Assembly (NCBI GenBank): GCA_015655095.1
Contig: JAATFR010000130.1
Span: forward strand, 1 to 34,551
Reading direction: 5' to 3'
DNA length: 34,551 nt
From: Hyphomicrobiales bacterium
GTDB taxonomy: Bacteria > Pseudomonadota > Alphaproteobacteria > Parvibaculales > Parvibaculaceae
Below, piece by piece: positions 1-9,536 of the stretch. The number at the start of each line of letters is the position of its first letter. Positions within the stretch are counted from its first letter, which is position 1. The notes beneath the pieces are model-generated. The model was not told where the DNA came from and ran no database searches. It saw only the letters and a list, made by a program, of their open reading frames with translations. A program made the position numbers and the translations under genes.

Positions 1-621
1 GCGGCGATCCTCTCGAGCGCCAAGTCGATCATGGACGTGAACGATCTTTTCGCCCTGCCCATGAATGACGCCGCCGTGCTGGCCCGTCAGATGGCCTCCG
101 ACCACCGCCGCCCCATGCATTTCGCTTCCAGCGTGATGCTGCTCGACTGCGCCCAACTGCGCCACTGGCGCATTGCCGAGGATTTTGCGGCTCTGTTCGA
201 AATGAAACGGGATTATCGTGACTGGATGTGGCTGCTGCTGGAAAAGCCGGACCTGGTCGCGCCGCTTCCCGCCGTGTGGAATGATTTCGACAGGCTGACC
301 CCGGAAACGCGAATGCTGCATAACACCCATCGGCGGACCCAGCCGTGGAAAACCGGCCTTCCGGCTGACTTCACCGCGCGCGGCACAACTTTTTCATCAC
401 GGCTCGGCCTTGCATTGCGCTCGCTCAAGGCCCTGTTGCCTGGCCTGGGCTCCGCCCCCAATGGCTATTACACGCCCCACCCAGACGCTGCGCAGGAAAA
501 GCTGTTCTTCACCCTGCTACAGGAGTGCATCGACCTTGGCCTCGTCAACCGCCAGGAATTGCAGGTTGAGGTGGAGCAGCGGCACCTGCGCCCCGATACG
601 CTGAAGCTGGTGCGCGCCTGA
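1..621 (+). CDS. Glycosyltransferase family 8-like protein, C-terminal part (5' end runs off the window)
   Basis: The reading frame is open from nt 1 (first ATG at 31) and stops at TGA 619-621. The blocks FASSVMLLDCAQLRHWR, PLPAVWNDFD and HNTHRRTQPWK resemble the NxGVmLi..l..wR, LP..WN and H..g..KPW blocks of GT8 transferases as I remember them. Not verified by search. Confidence 0.5.
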   Translation, partial: AAILSSAKSIMDVNDLFALPMNDAAVLARQMASDHRRPMHFASSVMLLDCAQLRHWRIAEDFAALFEMKRDYRDWMWLLLEKPDLVAPLPAVWNDFDRLTPETRMLHNTHRRTQPWKTGLPADFTARGTTFSSRLGLALRSLKALLPGLGSAPNGYYTPHPDAAQEKLFFTLLQECIDLGLVNRQELQVEVEQRHLRPDTLKLVRA

Positions 622-640
622 GCCCGACCTTCATTCAACT

Positions 641-1528
641 CTAGACGACAGACGGCGGAGGCGCATTAACGAAATCGTCCGTATAGCTCGCGCCAGCCTC
701 CTTGCGACCGCCCTTCATGTGATCCATGAAACTGCCGAGCGGTGAATTCACCAGAACATGCTTTGCCCTGCGCCCTGCGCCAAGGGCAATATCGTGGCTT
801 TTATGCCCTTCGAGCTCCAACCGTTTGCGCAACACATCGAACAGATAGGCATCGTGGTACTCATATTCCCTGAACAGAAGATCATGGGTGAACATGCGCT
901 CCAGTTCATCCATGTAAATCCGGGTCGCCGGGTGGCGCAGATCGAAGACGAGGAAGCCCGTTTCCGTATGAATGGACCATCGGCGCAGGCAGCCCACGAA
1001 ACAGTCCGGCGGCAGGAAACTTTCAAGCTGCGCCGCGCTCACGTCGGCGAAGAAGCGAGTATCGGCGTCTATCCAGATCAGCACATCGGCATCCGTGGTC
1101 CGGGAGGCATCGATGATGGCGAAGCATTTATGCGCGAAACGCACCGCATCCCAGCGATAGCCGAGCCCCCACTTCAAGCCCTTGATGGCATAACGCCCCA
1201 GATAATTGTTGTAACGGAGCCTTGGCTTTATCCGCCACGCCTTGCCATGAGCAAGCCTGCTTCCCGCATGACGCGCCTTGAAGGCCGTGAGGCCGGGGCA
1301 GCGGGCAAGCAGATCGCGCGCCTCGATGCGCGGGCTTTCGACATCGGGCGTAAATTCTTCGCTGTAGAGCAACAACTGAATTTCAGGCGGCCAGTGATGG
1401 TCGAAGGTCGTCGCCATCTGCCGGCCATATTTCTCATAGCCAGCCTTGTGAGACGTCGTAACGACAGCCCGGCGAAGAGGCCGGACAGCCCCATCCGGCA
1501 GAGCAGAGTCCAGCGCGTTATCACTCAT
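641..1528 (-). CDS. Hypothetical protein, possible nucleotide-sugar transferase (DxD-like WIDADT motif)
   Basis: 295-aa ORF convergent with the GT8-like gene. The long antisense ORF 758..1585 looks like a GC shadow. The translation contains VLIWIDADTRFF, a DxD-type motif typical of GT-A fold enzymes. I recognise no family with confidence. Confidence 0.5.
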   Translation of the reverse strand: MSDNALDSALPDGAVRPLRRAVVTTSHKAGYEKYGRQMATTFDHHWPPEIQLLLYSEEFTPDVESPRIEARDLLARCPGLTAFKARHAGSRLAHGKAWRIKPRLRYNNYLGRYAIKGLKWGLGYRWDAVRFAHKCFAIIDASRTTDADVLIWIDADTRFFADVSAAQLESFLPPDCFVGCLRRWSIHTETGFLVFDLRHPATRIYMDELERMFTHDLLFREYEYHDAYLFDVLRKRLELEGHKSHDIALGAGRRAKHVLVNSPLGSFMDHMKGGRKEAGASYTDDFVNAPPPSVV

Positions 1529-1553
1529 TCGTCACGTCCTTACCGACTTACGG

Positions 1554-1973
1554 CTATTTCGCAAAAAGCTGCGACATGTCCCTGAACGACTTGAACTCAA
1601 GGGCATTCCCTGCCGGATCATGGAAGAACATCGTCGCATGCTCGCCGACCTCTCCCCTGAAGCGGATATAGGGCTCGATGGCAAACTTTACCCCGGCCTT
1701 TTTCAGCCGGTCCGCCAGCGCTTCCCAAACCGGCATCTCCAGAACCACACCGAAATGCGGCACCGGCACATCGTGCCCGTCCACCGGATTATGATGTGAT
1801 TTCTTCCTGCCCGCGAGACCGGGATCGAGATGGACGACAAGCTGATGGCCGTAGAGATCAAAATCGATCCAGCTTTCCGCGCTCCGTCCTTCGGGACAGC
1901 CCATGAAGTTTCCATAAAATTCCCGGGCGGCGGGAATATCGTCGACTGGAATGGCAAGGTGGAACGGCTGCAT
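1554..1973 (-). CDS. VOC (glyoxalase/bleomycin-resistance/extradiol dioxygenase) family protein
   Basis: The translation [26 protein letters not shown]...HFGVVL...[15 protein letters not shown] is a typical VOC beta-alpha-beta-beta-beta module. I chose the second ATG (1973) because AGAGGA lies about 7 nt upstream of it. The track ORF extends to 1997. Confidence 0.8.
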   Translation of the reverse strand: MQPFHLAIPVDDIPAAREFYGNFMGCPEGRSAESWIDFDLYGHQLVVHLDPGLAGRKKSHHNPVDGHDVPVPHFGVVLEMPVWEALADRLKKAGVKFAIEPYIRFRGEVGEHATMFFHDPAGNALEFKSFRDMSQLFAK

Positions 1974-2181
1974 CGCTTGTCCTCTGGCAGGTTGCATCGC
2001 CTATATAATATCCGCCATGCGCTTTCCAAAGCCCACATCGGGGCGGGCAAGACCTGTTGCCTCCCTTCAATGGCTCCCTCTGTTCCCCGGCAAGAGGCCC
2101 CTGTCAGAACAGCCGCGCCCATGCCATTGTGCCCGCCATCGGTTTTCGCACACCATTTCTGCACTTCGAGGGAGTTAGACC

Positions 2182-3621
2182 ATGGCCATGTATGAAGACG
2201 TGCTTCTGTTCATCAACGGCACCTGGAAGCAAAGCCGAAGCGGGGAAACGATCAGCATCATCAACCCCGCCACCGGCAGCGAAATCGGCCGCGTCGCAAA
2301 AGCGGGACAGGGCGACCTTGATGAGGCGCTCGACGCGGCGGGAGCGGCTTTTCTGCTATGGCGGGACACCTCGGCGTTTGAGCGCGGCAAGATCATGCGC
2401 AAGGCCGCCGACCTGCTGCGCGAGCGGGCCGAAGCCATCGCCCATCTCATGACCATGGAACAGGGAAAAATCCTGCCGGAAGCCAGAATGGAAACACTGG
2501 CCGCCGCCGATATCATTGACTGGTTCGCCGAGGAAGGAAGACGCGCCTATGGCCGCCTCATTCCCGCCCGGCGGCCCGGCGTCAGCCAGATGGTCGTACA
2601 GGAGCCCGTCGGCCCGGTGGCCGCGTTCACGCCATGGAATTTCCCGATCAATCAGGTCGTCCGCAAACTTTCAGCCGCGATCTCGGCGGGCTGCTCCATC
2701 ATCATCAAGGGACCGGAGGAAACGCCGCGCTCCCCGGCCGAACTGATCCGGTGCTTTCATGATGCAGGCGTGCCCGCAGGCGTGATCAACCTTGTCTATG
2801 GCGTCCCTTCGGAAATTTCCGAATATCTCATTCCCCACCCCGTCATCCGGAAAATCTCCTTCACGGGATCGGTGCCCGTGGGCAAGCATCTGGCGGCGCT
2901 TGCCGGACTTCACATGAAGCGCTCCACGATGGAACTGGGCGGCCATGGCCCGGCCATCGTATTCGGCGACGCGAACATCGACGAAGCCAGCAAGACGCTC
3001 GTGGCGGCGAAATTCCGCAATGCGGGGCAGGTCTGCGTTTCCCCCACCCGCTTCCTGATCGAGGAAAAGGTTTTCGACGAGTTCGTCGAGAAATTCACGG
3101 CGGGCGCGCGACAGGTGAAAGTGGGCGACGGTCTGGCGGCGGACTCGACCATGGGTCCTCTCGTCAATGAGAGACGTCTGACGGCAATCGAAAGCCTGGT
3201 CGCGGATGCAACCTCGAAGGGGGCAAAGCTTGAGACCGGTGGCAGCCGCATCGGCAATCAAGGCTATTTCTTCGAGCCGACCGTGCTGAGCAATCTCGAT
3301 CTGAGCATGAGAGTGCTGAACGAGGAGCCGTTCGGACCTCTGGCCCTGATGATGCCGTTCCGGGGAATCGACGAGGTGATCACGGAAGCCAACCGGCTGC
3401 CCTTCGGGCTGGCCGCCTACGCGTGGACCTCATCAGGCGAAACCGCCACCCGGCTCGGGCAAGGCATCGAAAGCGGCATGATCACCATCAACCATCTGGG
3501 CCTTGCACTCCCCGAAGTGCCGTTCGGCGGCATCAAGGATTCAGGCTATGGATCGGAAGGCGGTTCGGAGGCCATCGGCGCTTACCTGAACCAGAAATTC
3601 ATCAGCCGGACGGGCGTGTAA
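2182..3621 (+). CDS. NAD(P)-dependent aldehyde dehydrogenase (succinate-semialdehyde / 2,5-dioxovalerate dehydrogenase-like)
   Basis: 479 aa. Typical ALDH blocks are present: PWNFP, FTGS.PVG, the catalytic Glu in MELGGH, the catalytic Cys in [12 protein letters not shown], and EEPFGP. GAGGGAG lies 8 nt upstream of the ATG. It is a close paralog of 22303..23745. Confidence 0.9.
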   Translation: MAMYEDVLLFINGTWKQSRSGETISIINPATGSEIGRVAKAGQGDLDEALDAAGAAFLLWRDTSAFERGKIMRKAADLLRERAEAIAHLMTMEQGKILPEARMETLAAADIIDWFAEEGRRAYGRLIPARRPGVSQMVVQEPVGPVAAFTPWNFPINQVVRKLSAAISAGCSIIIKGPEETPRSPAELIRCFHDAGVPAGVINLVYGVPSEISEYLIPHPVIRKISFTGSVPVGKHLAALAGLHMKRSTMELGGHGPAIVFGDANIDEASKTLVAAKFRNAGQVCVSPTRFLIEEKVFDEFVEKFTAGARQVKVGDGLAADSTMGPLVNERRLTAIESLVADATSKGAKLETGGSRIGNQGYFFEPTVLSNLDLSMRVLNEEPFGPLALMMPFRGIDEVITEANRLPFGLAAYAWTSSGETATRLGQGIESGMITINHLGLALPEVPFGGIKDSGYGSEGGSEAIGAYLNQKFISRTGV

Positions 3622-3630
3622 GGCACCGCG

Positions 3631-3674
3631 AAAAAAGCTTCCACCGCCCACTCACGACCGGGGCGGTGGAAGCT
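3631..3674 (-). terminator. Rho-independent terminator of the fbp operon, overlapping the fbpC stop
   Basis: A perfect 14-bp stem pairs agcttccaccgccc (3636-3649) with gggcggtggaagct (3661-3674) around an 11-nt loop. On the minus strand it is followed by TTTTTT (3631-3636). There is no T-run on the plus strand. Confidence 0.6.
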
Positions 3675-4767
3675 CTGCAAGAATATGCGCCGCGCCGACA
3701 ACCGAGACATCGACCAGCGATCCGGCCGGGGGCGTTTCCATCAGTGACTTTCTCAATGCGAGGCGAAGGCCGGATGCGGCCGGGGCTCCGGCATCTGTCT
3801 TCGATGCAAGGCCATTGTCCACCAGCTGGACAATGACTGTGCACTGTCCCCCGCCGAAATCCGTTTCCACGATTTCCCCCGACACCCTTTCAGGGAAAGC
3901 CGATGACGCGGCATCCGCCGCAGGGGCGAGAATGATCTGTTCTGGACGCAGCATGATCCGCGCCGCGCCGCGCAAGCGCCCCTGCCCGACAGCGATGCGG
4001 CCAAGCGCGCATATAGCCCATCCTTCCACAAATTCCGCAGGCAGAACAATCGCATCGCCGAGAAATTCGGCGACCATGGCATTGAGCGGATGCAGATAGA
4101 GATCGCGCGGCGAACCGGTCTGCAACAGACGACCCTGACGCATCACCGCAATCTTATCAGCGAAAGAAAGCGCTTCCGACTGATCATGAGTCACGAGGAT
4201 CGTTGTGATTCCCGCCGCGCCAAGAAGGCTTGCCACCGCCTTGCGCGTGCCGACGCGAAGCGCCGTGTCGAGCGCTGAAAAAGGCTCGTCAAGCAACATC
4301 AGGCGGGGGCCCGGCGCCAGCGCCCGGGCGAGCGCCACCCGCTGCTGCTGGCCACCGGAAAGCTGGTCCGGCCGGCGCTGGAGCAGGCTTGCATCCAGTT
4401 CCACCATCGCCATCAGATCGTGAATCCGTGCCGTTCTTCCAGCGTCACGGCGCGGCAGGCCAAAACCGATATTATCGGCAATGTTCAGGTGGGGAAAAAG
4501 CGCGCCATCCTGTGCGACGATGCCGATACCGCGCCGCCAGGCGGGCACAAAAGCCCCGTCACCAGCCAGCACCTCGCCATCGAGAACAAGGCGGCCCGCG
4601 TCCGGCCTCTCGGAACCGGCAATGATGCGCAGAAGCGTGGTCTTGCCGGAACCCGACGGCCCGATGATTGCCGTCCGGCCGCCACGTTCAATCGCGAGGC
4701 TCACATCGGCCAGCGCGGTTGCAGCCCCATAGTTCTTGTCCGCGGATTCGATCGTGAGAAAACTCAT
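3652..4767 (-). CDS. fbpC: Fe(3+) ABC transporter ATP-binding protein
   Basis: Walker [10 protein letters not shown], signature LSGGQQQR, Walker [13 protein letters not shown] and an H-loop TH are present, with a C-terminal TOBE-like extension. Its ATG overlaps the permease stop (ATGA). Confidence 0.9.
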   Translation of the reverse strand: MSFLTIESADKNYGAATALADVSLAIERGGRTAIIGPSGSGKTTLLRIIAGSERPDAGRLVLDGEVLAGDGAFVPAWRRGIGIVAQDGALFPHLNIADNIGFGLPRRDAGRTARIHDLMAMVELDASLLQRRPDQLSGGQQQRVALARALAPGPRLMLLDEPFSALDTALRVGTRKAVASLLGAAGITTILVTHDQSEALSFADKIAVMRQGRLLQTGSPRDLYLHPLNAMVAEFLGDAIVLPAEFVEGWAICALGRIAVGQGRLRGAARIMLRPEQIILAPAADAASSAFPERVSGEIVETDFGGGQCTVIVQLVDNGLASKTDAGAPAASGLRLALRKSLMETPPAGSLVDVSVVGAAHILAELPPPRS

Positions 4768-6293
4768 CGTCCTGCACTCCGTCTCGATTGAACATAGAGA
4801 AGCCAGGTCAATGGCAACGAGAAAAGCACCATGATCACGGCATAGGGCGCGGCGCCCGCATAATCAATTTCACCGCTGAGCGCCCAGAAAGCCATGGCAA
4901 GGGTGCGGGTTCCATTCGGCGCCAGCATCTGCGTCGCGGTCAGTTCATTAAAAATGCCGAGCGACACAAGCGCCATGCTGGCCGCCGCGCCGGGAGCAGC
5001 CAACCGCATGGTGACGGACCACAGCACACGCACTGGCGAGCGCCCGAGGCTGCCCGCCGCCTGCTCAAGCTCGACAGGGGCCTGAGCAATGCTGGCGCGC
5101 AGGCTGATCAGGGCGCGCGGCAGGAACATCAGCGCATAGGCTGCAAGGATGGTGAACAGCGTCTGATAAAGCGGCAGCGCCACGCGGACGGTGATGGTGA
5201 CCAGCGCCAGCGCAACCACCACGCCCGGCAGAGACCCGACAATGTAGTTGCAGCCCTCCAGCAGGCGCTGCAACGTCCCGGGCCTGCGGATCGAGATCCA
5301 CGCCATGGGGATTGCTATCAGCGTTGCGAGCGCGGCCCCGCCAATGGCAAGAACGAGCGTCTGTCCCAGCGCGAGACCAATCTGGTCGAGCCGCCATATG
5401 CCGGCTCCGCCCGCGACAAGCCAGCGCGTCAGTGTCACGAAGGGCACGCCAAGCGACAGGATGACGATAATGAGAGGCAGGAGAAGACAAGGGATGGCAG
5501 CCCGGCCGAGCAGGAAGGGACGGGGCGCAACCGCCGCGCCTGAGCCAACCCGGGCATAACGCTCCCGGCCCCGCAGTCCCCCTTCCAGCATCAGCAGCAC
5601 GAGGCAGCAGGCCACCAGCACGCCAGCGAGCATATTGGCTGCCGGGCCGTTAAAGGTCGACTCAAACTGCTGAACGATCGCCGTGGTGAAGGTGTCGAAG
5701 CGGATCATGACGAAAAGGCCATATTCGGCGAGAAGGTGCAGCCCCACAAGGAGCGAGCCCCCCAGGATGGCAAGCCGCAACTGGGGCAGCACGACACGCC
5801 TGAACACCCGTGACGGGGAATGGCCCAGCGAGGCGGCGGCATCCTCCAGACCGGGATCGAGTTGCCTCAATGCGGAGGCGACCGGCAGATACAGAAACGG
5901 GAAATAGGCCAGCACTGAAATGAGAACACCTGCCCAGAGGCCATGGAGACCGGGCAGCAGGCTGATCCAGGCATAACTCTGCACGAAGGCGGGCACGGCA
6001 AGCGGCGCGACAGCAAGCCCGGCCCAGAGCCGAGCGCCCGGCAAATCCGTGCGCTCGGTCAACCAGGCGAGCGTCACGGCAAGCGCGACGCAGATGGGTA
6101 TGGTAAACACAACCAACAGCACGGTATTGATCAGAAGATCGCCGACATAGGGCCTGAAAATCATGGCCGACGCCGTTGCCCACCCCGTCTGGATCGCGAC
6201 CCAGACGATAAAGCCGAGCGGCAGCAGGGAGGCGATGGACACCAGCACGGCGGCAAGGCTGATCCACGAAAAGGAGGAGCACAGATTTGCCAT
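4764..6293 (-). CDS. fbpB: Fe(3+) ABC transporter permease (fused two-domain FbpB type)
   Basis: Very hydrophobic with about 12 predicted TM segments and two repeated permease halves. It lies between fbpA and fbpC. The track ORF runs to 6476 but would overlap the fbpA 3' end, so I use the Met of [10 protein letters not shown] (6293). The Met at 6356 is also possible. Confidence 0.8.
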   Translation of the reverse strand: MANLCSSFSWISLAAVLVSIASLLPLGFIVWVAIQTGWATASAMIFRPYVGDLLINTVLLVVFTIPICVALAVTLAWLTERTDLPGARLWAGLAVAPLAVPAFVQSYAWISLLPGLHGLWAGVLISVLAYFPFLYLPVASALRQLDPGLEDAAASLGHSPSRVFRRVVLPQLRLAILGGSLLVGLHLLAEYGLFVMIRFDTFTTAIVQQFESTFNGPAANMLAGVLVACCLVLLMLEGGLRGRERYARVGSGAAVAPRPFLLGRAAIPCLLLPLIIVILSLGVPFVTLTRWLVAGGAGIWRLDQIGLALGQTLVLAIGGAALATLIAIPMAWISIRRPGTLQRLLEGCNYIVGSLPGVVVALALVTITVRVALPLYQTLFTILAAYALMFLPRALISLRASIAQAPVELEQAAGSLGRSPVRVLWSVTMRLAAPGAAASMALVSLGIFNELTATQMLAPNGTRTLAMAFWALSGEIDYAGAAPYAVIMVLFSLPLTWLLYVQSRRSAGR

Positions 6294-6459
6294 GCTCTTT
6301 CGCCGGTCAATAATTAAGGCATCTTGCGGCGTGATAGTCTCAACGATTTCATGCATCCCTCTATATCCCCCCGCGAACTCTCGCCAGACAACAAAGCGGC
6401 CTTCCGAGGTGGCACCCTGGAAGGCCTGTTCCCGACTCGAGAATCTGTCTGTCCGGTGT

Positions 6460-7491
6460 TTACAAAATGCCCGCATCCGTCATCAGATCTGTGACCTTTT
6501 TGCTGTCGAGGCGGGATGGCTCGACCTTTGGGGCCTGAAGATCGTCAAGCGGCACAAGCTTCGGATTTGAGGCGGCGCCGGCACCGACCGCATATTCAAA
6601 CGAGGTTCCGGTCTTGAGGATTTCCTGCCCGCCCTTGCCCGTGATCCATTTGAGGAAAGCCTGCGCCTCCGCGGGATGCTTGCTGGAGGCGACCACGCCG
6701 CCGCCAGAAATGCTGACGAATGCGCCCGGGTCCTGATGGCCGAAATAATACAGCGCCACGTTCTTGCTGTTCTCGCCGGTCTTCGCCTGATCGCCGAACC
6801 AGTAATAATGATAGATTATCGCGCCTTCGACCTGCCCGGCGTTAACCGCTTTCATCGCCGTGCTGTTGCCCTTGTAGGCGGTGAAGTTTTTCCTCATCGC
6901 CTGGAGCCAGGCAGCTGTGGCCTTTTCACCTTTCAGTTGCAGCAGCGCGGCCACGATAGCCTGGAAATCCGCGCCACCGGGTGAAGCGGCCCAGCGCCCC
7001 TTCCAGCTCGGGTCCGCCAGATCCATCAGCGACTTGGGCAGCTTGTCCTCGGTCAGCTTCGTCTTGTCATAGGCAAAGACCGTGCTGCGCGCTGCAACGC
7101 CGGTCCAGTTGCCGCTGGAGGGGCGGAACTGCGCGGGCACCTGCGCCAATGTATCGGCATCGAGCGGCGCGAAGAGCCCCGCCTTGTCCACCAGCGTCAT
7201 GGCCGGGGAATTTTCTGTCAGGAACACGTCGGCGGGCGAGGCCTTGCCCTCGGCGACAATCTGGTTGCCAAGCTCGGTGTCGCCGCCATTGCGAACCGTG
7301 ACCTTGATGCCGGTCTCAGCCGTGAAGGCATCGGCCCATGCCTGGGTCAGGCTTTCGTGCTGGGCGTTATAAACCACGATGCCGTCTGCACTGGGCGTGA
7401 CGGTTCCGGCATTCGCGGCGAGCGGCGCCACAATCAATCCGGCAGCAAGGGCGAAGACGCCTGCCAGTTGCGGGAGGAGGAGTTTCATCAA
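6460..7491 (-). CDS. fbpA: Periplasmic ferric-iron-binding protein
   Basis: It has a signal peptide [28 protein letters not shown]. The translation [10 protein letters not shown]...[38 protein letters not shown]...YYWF...[14 protein letters not shown] follows the Haemophilus/Neisseria FbpA pattern closely as I recall it. Confidence 0.9.
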   Translation of the reverse strand: MMKLLLPQLAGVFALAAGLIVAPLAANAGTVTPSADGIVVYNAQHESLTQAWADAFTAETGIKVTVRNGGDTELGNQIVAEGKASPADVFLTENSPAMTLVDKAGLFAPLDADTLAQVPAQFRPSSGNWTGVAARSTVFAYDKTKLTEDKLPKSLMDLADPSWKGRWAASPGGADFQAIVAALLQLKGEKATAAWLQAMRKNFTAYKGNSTAMKAVNAGQVEGAIIYHYYWFGDQAKTGENSKNVALYYFGHQDPGAFVSISGGGVVASSKHPAEAQAFLKWITGKGGQEILKTGTSFEYAVGAGAASNPKLVPLDDLQAPKVEPSRLDSKKVTDLMTDAGIL

Positions 7492-7550
7492 GGCCTCTTT
7501 TGTAATGGCGATCAGTCAGGTTGCCTTTAGCCGGGACAAACTAGCATCCA

Positions 7551-7569
7551 CTTCTTAATAATCATTATC
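7551..7569. promoter_or_regulatory. Fur-box-like operator upstream of fbpA
   Basis: cttcttAATAATCATTATC matches the GATAATGATAATCATTATC consensus at 14 of 19 positions, with the right half ATCATTATC exact. It lies about 60 nt upstream of the fbpA ATG in an AT-rich spacer. Confidence 0.45.
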
Positions 7570-7710
7570 AAAAATAATTGTAAGTACCTTCTGATCTCTC
7601 GCCCCGGTCTTATGGACGCAGCTCATCTGCCCTCCGGCAAAGGCGCCCACGCTCGACCATGAGCGGGGGCGCAGACCCACATTGAATCTCAATCCAGTAC
7701 AATGAAATAT

Positions 7711-7731
7711 TTGTATCCAATATATCGGATA
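7711..7731 (+). promoter_or_regulatory. Candidate GntR/FCD operator (TTGTATCCAATAT plus inverted GGATA)
   Basis: ttgTATCCAATATATCGGATA is an 18-bp inverted repeat (7714-7731) with one mismatched pair. The 13-mer 7711-7723 matches 19655-19667 at 12 of 13 positions. It lies 36-56 nt upstream of the GMC gene ATG. Another GTATCC occurs at 7758-7763. Confidence 0.35.
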
Positions 7732-7766
7732 TGTTATTCTGATTTATCGCAGATAGAGTATCCTCC

Positions 7767-9401
7767 ATGACAAGTTTGCAAAAAGAATATGATTATATCG
7801 TCGTCGGTGCTGGTTCTGCTGGCTGCGTGCTCGCAAACCGTCTCTCTGAAGATAGCGCAAGCCGTGTCTTGCTGCTGGAAGCGGGCCCCAAGGATGGCAG
7901 CATTATACTGAGAATGCCGGCGGCTCTTGGATTGCCGCTTCAGTCCACCCGTTTCAACTGGGGTTATACAAGCGAACCGGAACCGGGACTGAATGGCCGG
8001 ACGAGCGATCAACACCGGGGTCGCGTTCTTGGCGGCTCCTCCTAGATCAACGGCATGGTCTTTGCCCGCGGCAACCCCCTTGATTATGAGGGCTGGGCCG
8101 CCCGTGGCCTGACGGAATGGTCTTACGCCCACTGCCTTCCCTATTTCCGCAAAATGGAGACCTACGAAAAAGGGGCCGACCTTTATCGCGGCGGAGAAGG
8201 CCCCCTGCATGTGCACAAATGCCGCGCGGAAAACCCGCTCTATCATGCATTCCTGCAGGCTGGTCAGGATTACGGCCTTCCCCTGACGCCTGACCATAAC
8301 GGCTATCAACAGGAAGGCGTCCTTGTCGCCCAGGCATCCACCTATCGTGGGGAACGTGAAAGCGCATCCCGCGCTTTTCTGACACCGGCGGCCGGCCGGG
8401 GAAACCTCACCATTTTCACGAATACGTCCGTGAAACGTCTCAATGTCAACGGCAACCGGGTGACGGGCGTCCTCATCGATATTCAGGGAGAAGAGCATTC
8501 CGTCGAGGCGGACCGCGAGGTCATTCTGTGTGCTGGAGCCTTTGGTTCACCACAGATCATGATGCTGTCTGGCATCGGAAACGCCGATCATCTCCGCGAG
8601 ACGGGGATCGAGGTGAAGCATCATCTGCCAGGTGTCGGCAGCGATCTTCAGGATCATGTCGCCGTGCCAATCCAGTTCTCGGCAAAAAAGCCCGTTTCGC
8701 CAACGAAAGAGCTTTCGCAGATCGGGCGGCTTTTCACCGGCGCTCGCTGGATGTTGACGAAGGGCGGGCTCGGGGCAAGCAATTACTTTGAGGTCGGCGC
8801 GTTCTTCCGCAGCAGCAATTCAGCCTCATATGTCGATATGCAGCATGAATTTACCCCGATGATCGGCGAGTTCTTTCGGGGCAAGGCGCGGGTGGAGAAC
8901 GGTTTTCAGTATTTCACGAGTGTGATGCGTCCTGAAAGCCGCGGAAGCGTACGCCTCAATCTGGCCAACCCGGCGGCTGCGCCGGAAATCAGGTTCAATT
9001 ACCTGACAGCCCCCAAAGACATCGCGCAGATGAAGGACGGCGTGCGAAGGACTCTTGAAATAATCCGGCAGCGCTCATGGGACAAGCTCCGCGACAAGGA
9101 GGTCACTCCCGGCATCGACATCAACGATGACAAGGCTCTTGAGAGCTGGATCAGGGCCAATGCCGGTACGGGATATCATGCCGTCTCAACGTGCCGTATG
9201 GGCATTGACGCAATGGCCGTGACCGATGGCGAAGGCCGTGTCCACGGCATGGCGGGGTTGCGAGTTGCAGATGCATCCCTCATGCCCTGCCTCGTAACCG
9301 GCAATACAAACGCACCCACCATCATGATCGCCGAGAAAATATCTGATGCAATCCGTGGCCGGAGAATGTCGCCGATCACGGCGCCGTTTCCCCTCTCATG
9401 A
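7767..9401 (+). pseudogene. GMC family (choline dehydrogenase-like) FAD oxidoreductase interrupted by an in-frame TAG at 8043-8045
   Basis: ORFs 7767..8045 and 8055..9401 are in the same frame. Read through the stop, the text is [25 protein letters not shown], which is GMC signature 1. The intact paralog 11147..12796 has [26 protein letters not shown]. The N-terminal FAD fold YDYIVVGAGSAGCVLANRL and the C-terminal active-site region (YHAVSTCRMG) are otherwise intact. Confidence 0.8.
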
Positions 9402-9536
9402 CTTCCGGCCCATCGCCTGACTGACTTTTAATGCCGCTCCATGGATTCGATACCGATCACACAGAGAACCTGATTTGACGCCGGGCCGGGATGATGGCCA
9501 CGCGTCCGATAGAAACCACAATATGAGGTTGTTGAA

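Noticed and set aside
758-1585. Long ORFs antisense to or overlapping confident genes. Examples are 758..1585(+), 4788..5543(+), 5662..6282(-), 7734..8498(-), 11894..12814(+), 2671..3261(-), 28366..29256(+), 21324..21986(-) and 9876..10277(-).
   Set aside because: Each lies entirely within a gene that has clear family motifs on the other strand or frame. Their translations are Arg/Ala/Pro/Gly-rich, low-complexity text typical of shadow ORFs in GC-rich DNA.
8043-8045. The TAG in the GMC gene as programmed recoding (pyrrolysine or read-through).
   Set aside because: The window holds no Pyl machinery and this lineage is not expected to have it. The position corresponds to an ordinary Ser in the paralog. 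A point nonsense mutation or sequencing error is far more parsimonious.
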